NCBI GenBank assembly: GCA_964493325.1 | Contig: CAZBMD010000001.1 | Span: 59,021 to 123,020 of the forward strand | DNA length: 64,000 nt | DNA from: an uncultured Pseudomonadota bacterium | GTDB taxonomy: Bacteria; Babelota; Babeliae; Babelales; RVW-14 | Direction: 5' to 3' | Part shown: positions 9,424 to 19,375 of the stretch, in pieces | Position numbering within the stretch: the stretch's first letter is position 1 | How the letters are laid out: each line of letters starts with the position of its first letter | Made by a program: the position numbers and the translations under genes | The notes under the pieces: model-generated | Database searches by the model: none | What the model was told of the DNA's origin: nothing | Seen by the model: the letters and a program-made list of their open reading frames with translations, nothing else

Positions 9424-11304
9424 ATGTCTAAAATAAAAATATTACCATCACATGAAGCACAAAAGATCGCAGCAGGCGAAGTTATCGAACGACCTGCTCA
9501 CATTCTTAAAGAGCTTCTTGAAAACGCCATCGATGCAGGCGCTTCTCAAATAACCATCTATATTGAGCAATCGGGTAAGCAGCTTATTCGAGTTGTTGAC
9601 AACGGCTGCGGCATGTCAGCAGATGATGCTGTATGCTGTTTTCTGCCTCATGCAACAAGCAAAATTACATCACTCGATGATCTTTATACCGTTCAATCTT
9701 ATGGATTTAGAGGCGAAGCTCTTGCAAGTATTTCTGCAGTCAGCAAGGTTCAACTGATTACACGTGCTTCTGACGCGCAAGACGAAGCCATTGGTTGCCT
9801 TGTAGAATATTATGACGGCAATGCTCAATGCGTTCAACCTACAGCCTGCCCTGTAGGTACTGATATTGCTGTGCGTGAACTTTTTTATAACATGCCAGTA
9901 AGAAAAAAATTCTTAAAGCACGATGAAACAGAATGGAATCAACTGCTATCAATTGTACAAGCTGTTTCGCTTGTTCATACACCAATCCACTTCAAACTCT
10001 TTCATGATACAAAACTTGTACTGAATGCCCCTGCTGTTAGTACCCCTCAAGATCGCATTGCTCAAATTTGGGGGAACAATGTTGCCCAACAACTGCAGCC
10101 GCTGAATGTTGAGAATACTGAAGCACGAATGCCTTCATGGCTATCGTTTTCTGGACTGATATCACAGCCACATTTTTGGCGACACGGTCGACAATTGATG
10201 TTCTTTTTTGTGAATAACCGATGGATCAAAAATCAAGAACTTGGCAAAGCACTGTTGAAGGGATATCTAAATGTTCTACCTCCTGCAAAATTTCCAGCAG
10301 CGTTTATTTTTTTAACCGTTGATCAATCTTTTATCGATGTAAATGTCCATCCAAAAAAAGAAGAAGTTCGTTTTATAAAGCCTGCAACGGTGGATACGCA
10401 TCTTAGTAATGCTGTCAAAAAGACGCTGGAAAAGCGTACCGAAAATAGTTTGTCCTTTGAAAGAATTGAAACTCCACGGCCATCGTTAACCCATCACGAA
10501 CCAACAGTATTTCAATCATTCATTGTACCTCCAGAGCAGCCGCTGAATAATCAAATTTCAACGCCTATAAATTGGGATACCATTTTTACTGAAGCAAAAA
10601 TAACCAGTCCTGGGACCTCAAATCCTGTATCTATTGAAGCTTCTGAACAAAAAGAAGTTACTCAGAACCCAGTAATTGTTACCCAACAATTAATTATTCC
10701 TCAGCAAAAGCAAAGTTTTTTGTGCGATTATTTTTCAATTATCGGTCAGCTTTTTAAAACGTATATCATGATCGAAAATGGTGATGAACTTGTCATAGTT
10801 GATCAGCACGCAGCTCATGAACGCGTTTTATACGAAAAATATTTAAAAAACTTTGAAAGCAAAGAAGGCTCTACGCTGCTTTTTCCAGAAATTGTCCAGG
10901 TAACAAAAAATCAATTAACGTTAATTATGGGCGTTCAAGATTTTTTCCATCAGCAGGGCATTGTAATTGAAGAATTTGGAGAACAATCTCTCGTCATTAA
11001 AACGAGCCCACCACTAATTCAACAGCACGACCTTAAGAATCTTGTGTTAGAAATTGCCTTATTTATCGAAGAACATGACCACTTTGATACAATTAAATTT
11101 CGCAAGCAGCTTAATGAATTTACACACAGCCACATGGCATGCAAAGCAGCAGTTAAAGCTGGCGATCAGTTAACTCCAATTTTTATGCAACAATTGATTA
11201 CGGACCTTGCTGCAGCTGATAACAACTTTATTTGCGTTCATGGTCGTCCAACAATCTGGACTCATTCAAAATCTCATATCGAGAAAAATTTTAGACGGAT
11301 TTAA
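9424..11304 (+). CDS. mutL: DNA mismatch repair protein MutL (endonuclease-type)
   Basis: N-terminal GHKL ATPase motifs (IAAGEVIERPAHILKELLENAIDAGA, VVDNGCGM, GFRGEAL). C-terminal DQHAAHERVLYE endonuclease motif. Confidence 0.95.
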   Translation: MSKIKILPSHEAQKIAAGEVIERPAHILKELLENAIDAGASQITIYIEQSGKQLIRVVDNGCGMSADDAVCCFLPHATSKITSLDDLYTVQSYGFRGEALASISAVSKVQLITRASDAQDEAIGCLVEYYDGNAQCVQPTACPVGTDIAVRELFYNMPVRKKFLKHDETEWNQLLSIVQAVSLVHTPIHFKLFHDTKLVLNAPAVSTPQDRIAQIWGNNVAQQLQPLNVENTEARMPSWLSFSGLISQPHFWRHGRQLMFFFVNNRWIKNQELGKALLKGYLNVLPPAKFPAAFIFLTVDQSFIDVNVHPKKEEVRFIKPATVDTHLSNAVKKTLEKRTENSLSFERIETPRPSLTHHEPTVFQSFIVPPEQPLNNQISTPINWDTIFTEAKITSPGTSNPVSIEASEQKEVTQNPVIVTQQLIIPQQKQSFLCDYFSIIGQLFKTYIMIENGDELVIVDQHAAHERVLYEKYLKNFESKEGSTLLFPEIVQVTKNQLTLIMGVQDFFHQQGIVIEEFGEQSLVIKTSPPLIQQHDLKNLVLEIALFIEEHDHFDTIKFRKQLNEFTHSHMACKAAVKAGDQLTPIFMQQLITDLAAADNNFICVHGRPTIWTHSKSHIEKNFRRI

Positions 11305-12694
11305 TAAACTCAGGTTGCTGAACATTCTCTTTGATCATATCAACGATTGCATCAAGATAAAATTCAACGCGTGTAGCTTCTTTGGATAGCCAATTAAGCG
11401 CTCGCTCACCAAGCTCGTGACGGTCATGGTCTGAAGATAGCAATTTACGAGCTTCTATTAAAAGTTGCTCTGCATTTTCAACCTTGATTATCGCGTTGTG
11501 TCGACTTAATTCATCAGCTATATCCTTGGTATTTTCATGATGAGGTCCAACGATAATGGGATTGGCCCAAACAGCTGCCTCTACAAGATTATGGCCTCCT
11601 ATTGGAATAAACGTCCCACCAGGAAAATAAAGATCAGCAACCGCAGAAAGTTGAAACAGCTTACCGAATGTATTAACAAGTAAAATATCGTTATCAACAA
11701 GCAGTGATGAATGTATTTGCTCGATTAACTCAGAAACATTTGAGGTTTTGACAGGAGCTTGATCATTCCATAAAAAGAATGGGTACCCTGTAGCTGTTAC
11801 TTTTGCAACAAGCTCGTCTTCCCAATCTTTGTGGCGAGGAGCAAAAATTATTTTTAAATTAGGAACCTCTTTTTTAAGCAATGAAAAAAGGTTTAAATAA
11901 ATATCAAGCTCACCTCGATGAACCGATCCAACTAAAAGAATCAGAGATTTTTTATTTTTAGAGGCAGCGTCAAGAATAACTTCATGACCTATAATCTCTT
12001 TTTCTTTCTTTTTTACAACATTCAACGCTTTAATGTTTCCTGTTGGGATAACTTTTGCGGTATCTACTCCTTCTTGAACAAACAACGCCTTATCCGTTTC
12101 ACTTTGTGAAAAAATAGTTGAAAAATTGTTGAAAAGGCCTTTGTAGAAAAAATTATATGACTGAAGGTTATGCGCAGTAGAACTGGTCATCTGAGCATTC
12201 AGTAAATAAATGGGGATATGCCTAAATTGCGCATACATCAGCAACGTTGGCCAAACTTCGTGCTCCAAAAGAATAATACTCGATGGTTTAATTTGATGAA
12301 AAGCCCATGCAATTGAAAGAGCATTGTCGTAAGGTAATAAACTTACATAATCAGGCTTAACTTGGTTTTGAGCAACACGCACTCCCTCTGGTGTACTTGA
12401 TGTAATATAACAGGCTGCGTTAGGAACTTCCGCTTGAATTTTTTGAACCAGCGCTTGAACTGATAAAATTTCACCAGCATTATAGCCGTGAATCCAGACA
12501 ACATGCTTTGAAGGATCACTTGCTGGAACATCTCCACATACTTCTCTTGCAACATAAGAAGTATCATGAGCATACATTTGCTTAGAAAACGAATAGACAA
12601 AAAGAAATGGAATCAAAACGATTTGGATAATTTGATATACAGTCAAAACAAATGGAAACAGCATTGAAAGCTCCTTCTGAAATAATATTTTCAT
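11291..12694 (-). CDS. waaA: 3-deoxy-D-manno-octulosonic acid (Kdo) transferase WaaA/KdtA
   Basis: 467 aa with an N-terminal TM helix, VWIHGYNAGEILSVQALV (family motif W.H..S.GE) and a GT30-like C-terminal half. The 3' end overlaps the mutL 3' end by 14 nt (convergent). Confidence 0.85.
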   Translation of the reverse strand: MKILFQKELSMLFPFVLTVYQIIQIVLIPFLFVYSFSKQMYAHDTSYVAREVCGDVPASDPSKHVVWIHGYNAGEILSVQALVQKIQAEVPNAACYITSSTPEGVRVAQNQVKPDYVSLLPYDNALSIAWAFHQIKPSSIILLEHEVWPTLLMYAQFRHIPIYLLNAQMTSSTAHNLQSYNFFYKGLFNNFSTIFSQSETDKALFVQEGVDTAKVIPTGNIKALNVVKKKEKEIIGHEVILDAASKNKKSLILLVGSVHRGELDIYLNLFSLLKKEVPNLKIIFAPRHKDWEDELVAKVTATGYPFFLWNDQAPVKTSNVSELIEQIHSSLLVDNDILLVNTFGKLFQLSAVADLYFPGGTFIPIGGHNLVEAAVWANPIIVGPHHENTKDIADELSRHNAIIKVENAEQLLIEARKLLSSDHDRHELGERALNWLSKEATRVEFYLDAIVDMIKENVQQPEFIKSV

Positions 12695-12744
12695 TGCAGA
12701 AGGAGTTTACCACAAGGCAAAGAACAGTCAAAGAGCCATCATCA

Positions 12745-14907
12745 CTAACAGCTGGAAATCAGCTCAAATCCTCCACCTTGTCGAGCAAGTTTGTCTATAA
12801 CCAAGCTCAATTCAGTAGCAGCAAAAATGCGCCGCAATGGGACTGGCGAAGAAGCATTTTTAGTTTTGACAGCTTTAAAAAACTCGGTAAGTAATGCCTC
12901 GTGACCCTTATCTTGATAACTTGCTTTTTTATTAAATGATAATGGAAGACCATAGCCTTTGAGCTCAATAAAGTCATCCATGATAATCGCTTTGCCATCA
13001 AAAAATAGTTCCATGTATTCTTTGCCCATATCATTTGTCCCAATTGATGTGTAAACAAGCGAACAGGACGAGCCATCGCTCATTGAAATATGCGCAGAGA
13101 AATTGTCGCTTGGTAATATTTCTGCAGAACGTGGATTTAAGGACCCAACAGCAACACTAACTGGTTCAGCGTCAGTTAAAAAGCAAAAAAGCTCAAGAAT
13201 GTGGCAGGCTTCTCCAATAATGCGCCCCCCGTTTTCTTTTGACTGAATCCAATGATTCGACGGCAAATGGTTAGCATTAATTCGATAATTAATCAGCAAA
13301 GGATTAAACCGTTTTGATATAACCTCTTTAATATTTTTGATAAATGGAGAAAATGACCTATTAAAATCAACGCAGTATAAATGTTCTTTGTGGGAGGCTA
13401 AAAAGTTTTTGAGCTGTGCCAGCTGTTCAAAATTGACAGCCGCAGGCTTTTCGCAAAAAACAGCTTTTCCTGCTTTGATAAGGTCAATACTTTGCTCAAC
13501 ATGCACAACATGAGGCGAGGAGATGACGACTGCTTTTACGTCATCATCAGCAATAATTTTTCGATAATCATTGCCAATCCTCTGGGCGCTGTATTGACGA
13601 GCAATATTAATTGCATTGGCAGCATTGGTATCGATAATTGAGTGAATAGAGCAGTTGCTCAGCTTTGAAACAATGGGTAGAAGCTTAACTTTGGCAAACC
13701 CGCCAGCACCTACAAAGCCCACACGCACCTGTTTGAGAGCAGCTACAAAAGGCTTAACCGTATGCTTTTGTATAATTTCTGGAATATCAATCGTCTTAGA
13801 ATAGGATAAAATAATACCAAGACCATTTTTTTGCTGAAGACATTCATAGGCTTGCTCTACACTGTTTAAGTTAAATTCATAACTAATCAGTGGTTCAACA
13901 TTAATTTTTTTCTCTTCGAGCAGTTGAACAAAACAGCTCATATTTCTATTTTCTGTCCAACGAACATAGTCATATGGATAGTCATTACCTTGCTCTTCAT
14001 ATGTTGGATCATAGCGACCAGGTCCGTAAGAACATGAGATAAGAAAATCAATTTCTTTTGCATAAAAAGGATCACGATCAAAATCAATTTTTACATCGCC
14101 AACAAGAACAACTTTCCCCTTGCGGCGCGTTATATTCATTGCCTGTTGAATTGGCTGACCGGATGAAGACGCTGCAGTAATAATAGTTGTATCAACACCG
14201 CGATGCAGAGTTGCTGATTGAATAAGCTGCATGACATTATCATTTTTTGGATTAAAGCAAAAATCAGCGCCAAGCGATTGAGCCAATGCTAATTTTTGGT
14301 CAATAAGGTCCAGAGCAATAACTTGGCACCCGGCAAGCTTTGCAAGTTGAACGGTAATTTGACCAATAAGACCAAGACCTACCACACATACTTTTTCACC
14401 AATTTGCAGCTGAGCTCGACGAATTCCCTGAAGAGCTATTGCTCCAATCGTTGTTAAGCTTGCTTGGCGCAAAAATTGAACATCTCGAATTTTGACAGCC
14501 AACTGATGCGGAATCGTTACCACATCTGCATGATGAGCAAACGCTGATCCTGCACAAGCAACATAATCACCAACACGAAATTGAGAAACATTTTTCCCAA
14601 CACTAATCACTTGTCCAGCACATGAATAACCAAGCGGCGAAACTTGATTAATTTTTTCTTTAATCAAAGCAAGTGTGCCGGCAACGCCATTTTCTTTCAG
14701 TGCTCCAAAAATTTTCTCAACATAGCCTTCGGCGTTTTTTGAAAATTTTGTAAACAACGATTGTCCTGAGGCAGAAAGAGATGCTCCTTCGGTTCCCGTA
14801 CTAATAAAAGAATAATGTACCTTAACAAGGATGTTATTCTCTTGATCAAGAGGTACATCAACCTCGTGTAGGTGAACATTGCCCTTTTGTAAAAAAACCT
14901 GCTTCAT
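12745..14907 (-). CDS. two-domain oxidoreductase (MDR alcohol-dehydrogenase-like fused to Gfo/Idh/MocA)
   Basis: 720 aa. The N-terminal half has an MDR/Zn-ADH-like Rossmann (VCVVGLGLIGQ). The C-terminal half has VGFVGAGGFAK plus an EKP motif typical of Gfo/Idh/MocA. Confidence 0.8.
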   Translation of the reverse strand: MKQVFLQKGNVHLHEVDVPLDQENNILVKVHYSFISTGTEGASLSASGQSLFTKFSKNAEGYVEKIFGALKENGVAGTLALIKEKINQVSPLGYSCAGQVISVGKNVSQFRVGDYVACAGSAFAHHADVVTIPHQLAVKIRDVQFLRQASLTTIGAIALQGIRRAQLQIGEKVCVVGLGLIGQITVQLAKLAGCQVIALDLIDQKLALAQSLGADFCFNPKNDNVMQLIQSATLHRGVDTTIITAASSSGQPIQQAMNITRRKGKVVLVGDVKIDFDRDPFYAKEIDFLISCSYGPGRYDPTYEEQGNDYPYDYVRWTENRNMSCFVQLLEEKKINVEPLISYEFNLNSVEQAYECLQQKNGLGIILSYSKTIDIPEIIQKHTVKPFVAALKQVRVGFVGAGGFAKVKLLPIVSKLSNCSIHSIIDTNAANAINIARQYSAQRIGNDYRKIIADDDVKAVVISSPHVVHVEQSIDLIKAGKAVFCEKPAAVNFEQLAQLKNFLASHKEHLYCVDFNRSFSPFIKNIKEVISKRFNPLLINYRINANHLPSNHWIQSKENGGRIIGEACHILELFCFLTDAEPVSVAVGSLNPRSAEILPSDNFSAHISMSDGSSCSLVYTSIGTNDMGKEYMELFFDGKAIIMDDFIELKGYGLPLSFNKKASYQDKGHEALLTEFFKAVKTKNASSPVPLRRIFAATELSLVIDKLARQGGGFELISSC

Positions 14908-14938
14908 AAGCCTATCCTCAGGTATAAAATAAGAGAAA

Positions 14939-16258
14939 TCACTGCCCTGCTACCGCCTTCTTTTTGCCTTGCAAATATTCTGTCTTAATTGCACCTTCTA
15001 GCAATTCTTGTGAATGCTTTGTTCTAATATCATTGAGTAACCCACACGTATCAATAATAGCTTTACCAATAAAAGCTTCTTCATGAAGTAGATAAAACTG
15101 CTTGTGCTTAACAAGAACAACAACGATATCGGCCCAGGCAAGACCTTTCCATAAATCAGTAGGATAGGTAACGCCGTATTGGGCAAAAACATGAGGAGGA
15201 ACATATGGATCGTAAATACAAAGCTCAAGAAGATGCTGATTAAGACTAAGTTCTTGCATAATTTTTAAAGCTGGAGATTCTCTAATATCATTAACATCTG
15301 GCTTGTACGTTGCTCCCAAAAGAAGCGTTCGAGGACGATGCTCGCCTAAATTTTTAAGCTCCTGAACTTTTTCATAAACCAGCTCAACAACCTTGTATGG
15401 CTTTGAATCATTAACAAGCCGCGCGGTTTTTAAAAGAGCTGTTGATTGTGGAAATGTCTCGATCAGAAACCACGGATCAACGGCTATGCAGTGACCTCCA
15501 ACACCACAAGTGGGTGAAAGAATTTTAATTCGAGGATGCTTATTGGCAAGTTCAATAACCTGATAAGGATCTAATCCAGCTTGTTCGCACATTCCTGCAA
15601 CTTGATTAGCAAAAGCAATCTGTACATCACGTGAGCTATTTTCAATCAGCTTAACCATTTCAGCTGTTTTATCGTCCGTAATATGAAGAAACCCTTTTAC
15701 AAATTTTGCATAAAATGAACGCGCTAATTCACATGAGCGCTGACAGATACCACCAATAACACGATCGTTCGAAACAAGTTCTTTAAATATTTTTCCAGGC
15801 AAAACCCGCTCAGGGCAAAAGGCAATAAAAAAATCCATGCCTACTCTTAATCCCGAAGCCTCTTCCAGTTGTTGAGCTAGTTTTTCAGTTGTTCCAACAG
15901 GTACTGTCGATTCAAGAATAACCAAATTGCCGGGACGAAGTCGTTTGGCAATCACTTCTCCTGCTGCAAAAACACAAGATAAATCTGCTGTTTTATTTTC
16001 TTTAAATGGCGTTGGAACGGCTATAACAAAACAATCTGCATAATGTAAATCGTTATACGCCTTAAATGATTGATCTTTGATTACCTTCCATAGGAGATCT
16101 GCAACCTCAGGCTCAAAAATTAATGGATCACCCGCGTTTATCTTTTTAATTTTTTCTTGATTTGTATCAAATCCACAAACATCATACCCTGCTAAGGCTG
16201 CTGTAATAGCTGTGGGGAGACCAATGTAACCTAGCCCCAATATCGAAACACGTTTCAT
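14939..16258 (-). CDS. wecC: UDP-N-acetyl-D-mannosamine dehydrogenase (nucleotide-sugar dehydrogenase)
   Basis: 439 aa with ILGLGYIGLP Rossmann and a GGHCI catalytic Cys motif. Adjacent to wecB. Confidence 0.85.
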   Translation of the reverse strand: MKRVSILGLGYIGLPTAITAALAGYDVCGFDTNQEKIKKINAGDPLIFEPEVADLLWKVIKDQSFKAYNDLHYADCFVIAVPTPFKENKTADLSCVFAAGEVIAKRLRPGNLVILESTVPVGTTEKLAQQLEEASGLRVGMDFFIAFCPERVLPGKIFKELVSNDRVIGGICQRSCELARSFYAKFVKGFLHITDDKTAEMVKLIENSSRDVQIAFANQVAGMCEQAGLDPYQVIELANKHPRIKILSPTCGVGGHCIAVDPWFLIETFPQSTALLKTARLVNDSKPYKVVELVYEKVQELKNLGEHRPRTLLLGATYKPDVNDIRESPALKIMQELSLNQHLLELCIYDPYVPPHVFAQYGVTYPTDLWKGLAWADIVVVLVKHKQFYLLHEEAFIGKAIIDTCGLLNDIRTKHSQELLEGAIKTEYLQGKKKAVAGQ

Positions 16259-16285
16259 TAACTCTCTCCATTGCTAAAAAGCTGT

Positions 16286-17473
16286 TTAAATTGTGTCATT
16301 ACGAACAGAATGCTGAATTATAGATTCGAATATTGCTGCTTTTTCTACAGAAAACTTATTTTGTAAAACTTTTACGATACGCTCACATGCCCAACCGTCA
16401 CCATAAGTCGAACGCTCTTGAGCGAGCGGTGTTGCTTGATGGTAAAAATCAGTCATAAAGCGATTAATATTTTTTTCAGATGTACCAACAAGTGTAAGCA
16501 TTCCTTCCCATATTCCTTCAGGACGCTCAGTAACATCTCTAATAACTAAAACTCTTTTTCCCAAACTAACAGCTTCTTCTTGAATTCCTCCCGAATCTGT
16601 TATCACCCAGTCACATGAGATCAGCAAATAAACAAGCTCATGGTACAAAAGTGGCGGCAAAAGAATTATGTTATCTATGTCTTTTAAACCTGTTGCATCA
16701 ATTGCAGCCATGACGTGAGGGTTAGGATGCACAGGATAAAAGATGAAAACATCTGCATGCGAAAGCGCAAATTTTTTTATACTTGTAAGAACACGAACAA
16801 TACCACCATCAAAAGATTCTCGACGGTGCGTCGTAAGAAGAACTATTTTATTGTTTTCTTTTTTGCAGGTGTCAATTTTTAAGGCGAGAAATGAATTAAC
16901 GCAAATCTTGCTTTCCAATAACTGCCTTTTCACCCAGACAAGAGCATCAACTATTGTGTTTCCCGTACAAAAAATGGCATCACGGTCGATGCCCTCTGCC
17001 AAAAGATTAGCAGCACTCATTGCTGTTGGAGCAAAATGTAGGGCAGCCATTTTACTAATAAAACTTCGGTTAATTTCTTCGGGAAAAGGGGAATATTTGT
17101 CGCCAGACCTTAGGCCAGCTTCAACATGCCCAATAGGAATCTGTAAATAAAAAGCGGCAAGTGCTGCCGCAAAAGCAGTTGTTGTATCACCCTGAACCAA
17201 GACCAATGCTGGCTTAATCTGAGAAAATACTGATTTCATTTTATTGAGAACAGAAGATGTTAAAAAGAAAAGATCCTGATTGTCTTGCATGATATCAAGG
17301 TTGATATCTGGAACCTCTTGAAAAAGATCAAATACTTGCGTAAGAAGCGTTGTATGCTGAAAAGATGCGCATAACAGCGTGGGAATATCAGCAGACTTTA
17401 GTGCCTTATACAGGGGGAGAAGCTTAATGGCTTCTGGCCTTGTACCGATGACAACAACAACATGTGCTTCCAT
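16286..17473 (-). CDS. wecB: UDP-N-acetylglucosamine 2-epimerase
   Basis: 395 aa with VVIGTRPEAIKLLPL, GDTTTAFAAALAAF, HVEAGLRS and DSGGIQEE motifs. Confidence 0.9.
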   Translation of the reverse strand: MEAHVVVVIGTRPEAIKLLPLYKALKSADIPTLLCASFQHTTLLTQVFDLFQEVPDINLDIMQDNQDLFFLTSSVLNKMKSVFSQIKPALVLVQGDTTTAFAAALAAFYLQIPIGHVEAGLRSGDKYSPFPEEINRSFISKMAALHFAPTAMSAANLLAEGIDRDAIFCTGNTIVDALVWVKRQLLESKICVNSFLALKIDTCKKENNKIVLLTTHRRESFDGGIVRVLTSIKKFALSHADVFIFYPVHPNPHVMAAIDATGLKDIDNIILLPPLLYHELVYLLISCDWVITDSGGIQEEAVSLGKRVLVIRDVTERPEGIWEGMLTLVGTSEKNINRFMTDFYHQATPLAQERSTYGDGWACERIVKVLQNKFSVEKAAIFESIIQHSVRNDTI

Positions 17474-17829
17474 CTACTCTCGCTTTATTTTTGACCTCAT
17501 TATCCTTACCAAAAGATAGCAAACATCTTTAATAAAGCAAGTCTGAGGAATAAAGCAAACCAGACATCTATTCTTGATGATCCCTTGGAATAAATACAAG
17601 AGAAATCCAAGACTTTAAGCGCATTGCGCTGATCAAATTTTTCTACTTCTAAAATTTACCGCATGAGTCTTAATGGGACTATTTTGTTTTTACAATCTGG
17701 ATTTTTGTTGAATTATTTACTAAGTTCAGATATAATCCGTTATTGGATATATTTATCTAAAGTAGACAGTAAGGAGATAGCTAGAAATAGGCGTAGAGAC
17801 GCTTGCAATATACCCACGAGGAGTTTACT

Positions 17830-18021
17830 ATGTACCGAAAAATCAGTAGCGCGGCTCGTAGCCCAGTTGGTTACGATCTAAGTCCGCAAAAGCAACCTGA
17901 AAAAGTTTTCGCATTGTCCTCTCTCAATTGTATCCCCTCTACTATGTGGTTAACATCAACCACTATCAATTTTACTATCGTCGCCGCACTGGCGGCATAT
18001 TATTCTACTATTTTAGCTTAA
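17830..18021 (+). CDS. possible small tail-anchored protein
   Basis: The ATG at 17830 is preceded by aggag. The 63-aa product has a C-terminal hydrophobic segment (MWLTSTTINFTIVAALAAYYSTILA) and a T-rich tract follows. No homology recognised. Confidence 0.25.
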   Translation: MYRKISSAARSPVGYDLSPQKQPEKVFALSSLNCIPSTMWLTSTTINFTIVAALAAYYSTILA

Positions 18022-18145
18022 TTTTTTTGTTTTTTTGTTGATTTTTTTCGGATCACACTGCGGTATCGATTAAACTCAAGATGTGCTGAGTTTTTTTATA
18101 TCATTTTTTTTAGAAATTTATTTTAATTGTTGGAAAGGTTGCTCA

Positions 18146-19312
18146 ATGCAAAAGTCAAAAATATTTGTTATAGGACTTGCCATATTTACCATGCTTTTTG
18201 GTGCTGGCAACGTTGTTTTTCCTCTTGAAGTTGGCCGTGCCGTTGGAGACAAGGTATGGTTTGCAATGCTGGGACTTATCGTTTCTGGCGTTATTATTCC
18301 TCTATTAGGCCTTATTGCTTCAATGATGTTTAATGGTGATTACAAGAAATTCCTTTCAACTGTAGGAACTATTCCAGGAGCACTTGTTGCACTGGTCTGT
18401 ATGGCTCTCCTCGGTCCCTTTGGGGCAACGCCTCGCTGCTTAAGTCTTGCCTACGCCGCAGTTAAATGGCACATACCGTCTATCTCCATTTTCGTGTTTA
18501 GCTTGGCAGCATCTGTGTTGGTTTTTTTGTGCACAATCAGAAAAAGTGGCATCGTTGCAATTATGGGCAAAATCTTAGGTCCAATTAAACTAGTATTGCT
18601 TTTTTCACTTATTATCATCGGAGTCATACATCCAAACACATCGCAAGTAATAGACATCGCTCCTTGGTCAACGTTTCTACTTGGTCTACGCGAAGGTTAT
18701 TGGACGCTTGATTTGCTTGCGACTATTTTCTTTTCAGGCCTTATTATTGCCGCTATCAAAAAACAAGATGGCGAAGATCTTAAACCAGTTGATCTTGCGC
18801 TCATAGGCCTTAAAGCTGGCATAATTGGAGCAACTTTATTAGGCGTAGTTTACGCTGGATTTTGCGGAGTCTCGGCAATGTACGGCTCGCAAATTATGCA
18901 TGTTGGACAAGATCAACTATTAAGCGCTCTTGCTATGATTATATTGGGTTCACATGCTGGTATTTTAGCGAATATTACAATGTCTATTGCATGTCTTTCA
19001 ACGGCTATTGCATTGACCGCCGTATTTGCTGACTATCTCAGATCAGAGATCTTTAAAGAAAAAGTAAGTTATTCGTACTCATTGCTTCTTACGGTTGTCA
19101 TAACATTTATTATGGCAAACTTAGGCTTTGCAAGAATTATGATAGCTATTGAACCTGTTGCAAAAGTTTTACTTCCTGCAGTTACAGTCCTTGTTATAGC
19201 AAACCTTGCTCAAAAAGTTTATGGATTTAAATATATCAAGATGCTGTTTTTCACAACGCTTATTGCTACCGTTGCTATAAATTTTTTACCTCAATGCATT
19301 ATCTGCTGGTAA
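18146..19312 (+). CDS. brnQ: branched-chain amino acid transport system II carrier BrnQ
   Basis: The internal ATG at 18146 follows ggaaagg. Starts MQKSKIFVIGLAIFTMLFGAGNVVFP (family motif F.MFFGAGN.IFP) and has about 12 predicted TM segments. Confidence 0.85.
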   Translation: MQKSKIFVIGLAIFTMLFGAGNVVFPLEVGRAVGDKVWFAMLGLIVSGVIIPLLGLIASMMFNGDYKKFLSTVGTIPGALVALVCMALLGPFGATPRCLSLAYAAVKWHIPSISIFVFSLAASVLVFLCTIRKSGIVAIMGKILGPIKLVLLFSLIIIGVIHPNTSQVIDIAPWSTFLLGLREGYWTLDLLATIFFSGLIIAAIKKQDGEDLKPVDLALIGLKAGIIGATLLGVVYAGFCGVSAMYGSQIMHVGQDQLLSALAMIILGSHAGILANITMSIACLSTAIALTAVFADYLRSEIFKEKVSYSYSLLLTVVITFIMANLGFARIMIAIEPVAKVLLPAVTVLVIANLAQKVYGFKYIKMLFFTTLIATVAINFLPQCIICW

Positions 19313-19323
19313 ACCTATTATAC

Positions 19324-19375
19324 AGGAGTGAGAACAAAAACCATTTATCAAGGCATGTTTTTTATTCTCACTCCT
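19324..19375 (+). terminator. hairpin downstream of brnQ (possible terminator)
   Basis: 11-bp perfect stem aggagtgagaa/ttctcactcct with a 30-nt loop, followed by ttctt. Confidence 0.35.

Noticed and set aside
17851-17873. tRNA-like 5' fragment GCGGCTCGTAGCCCAGTTGGTTA (acceptor plus D-loop-like)
   Set aside because: The D-stem does not close (CGAT where GAGC-like sequence is expected) and no anticodon or T arm follows. It may be chance or a very old relic, so it is not called.
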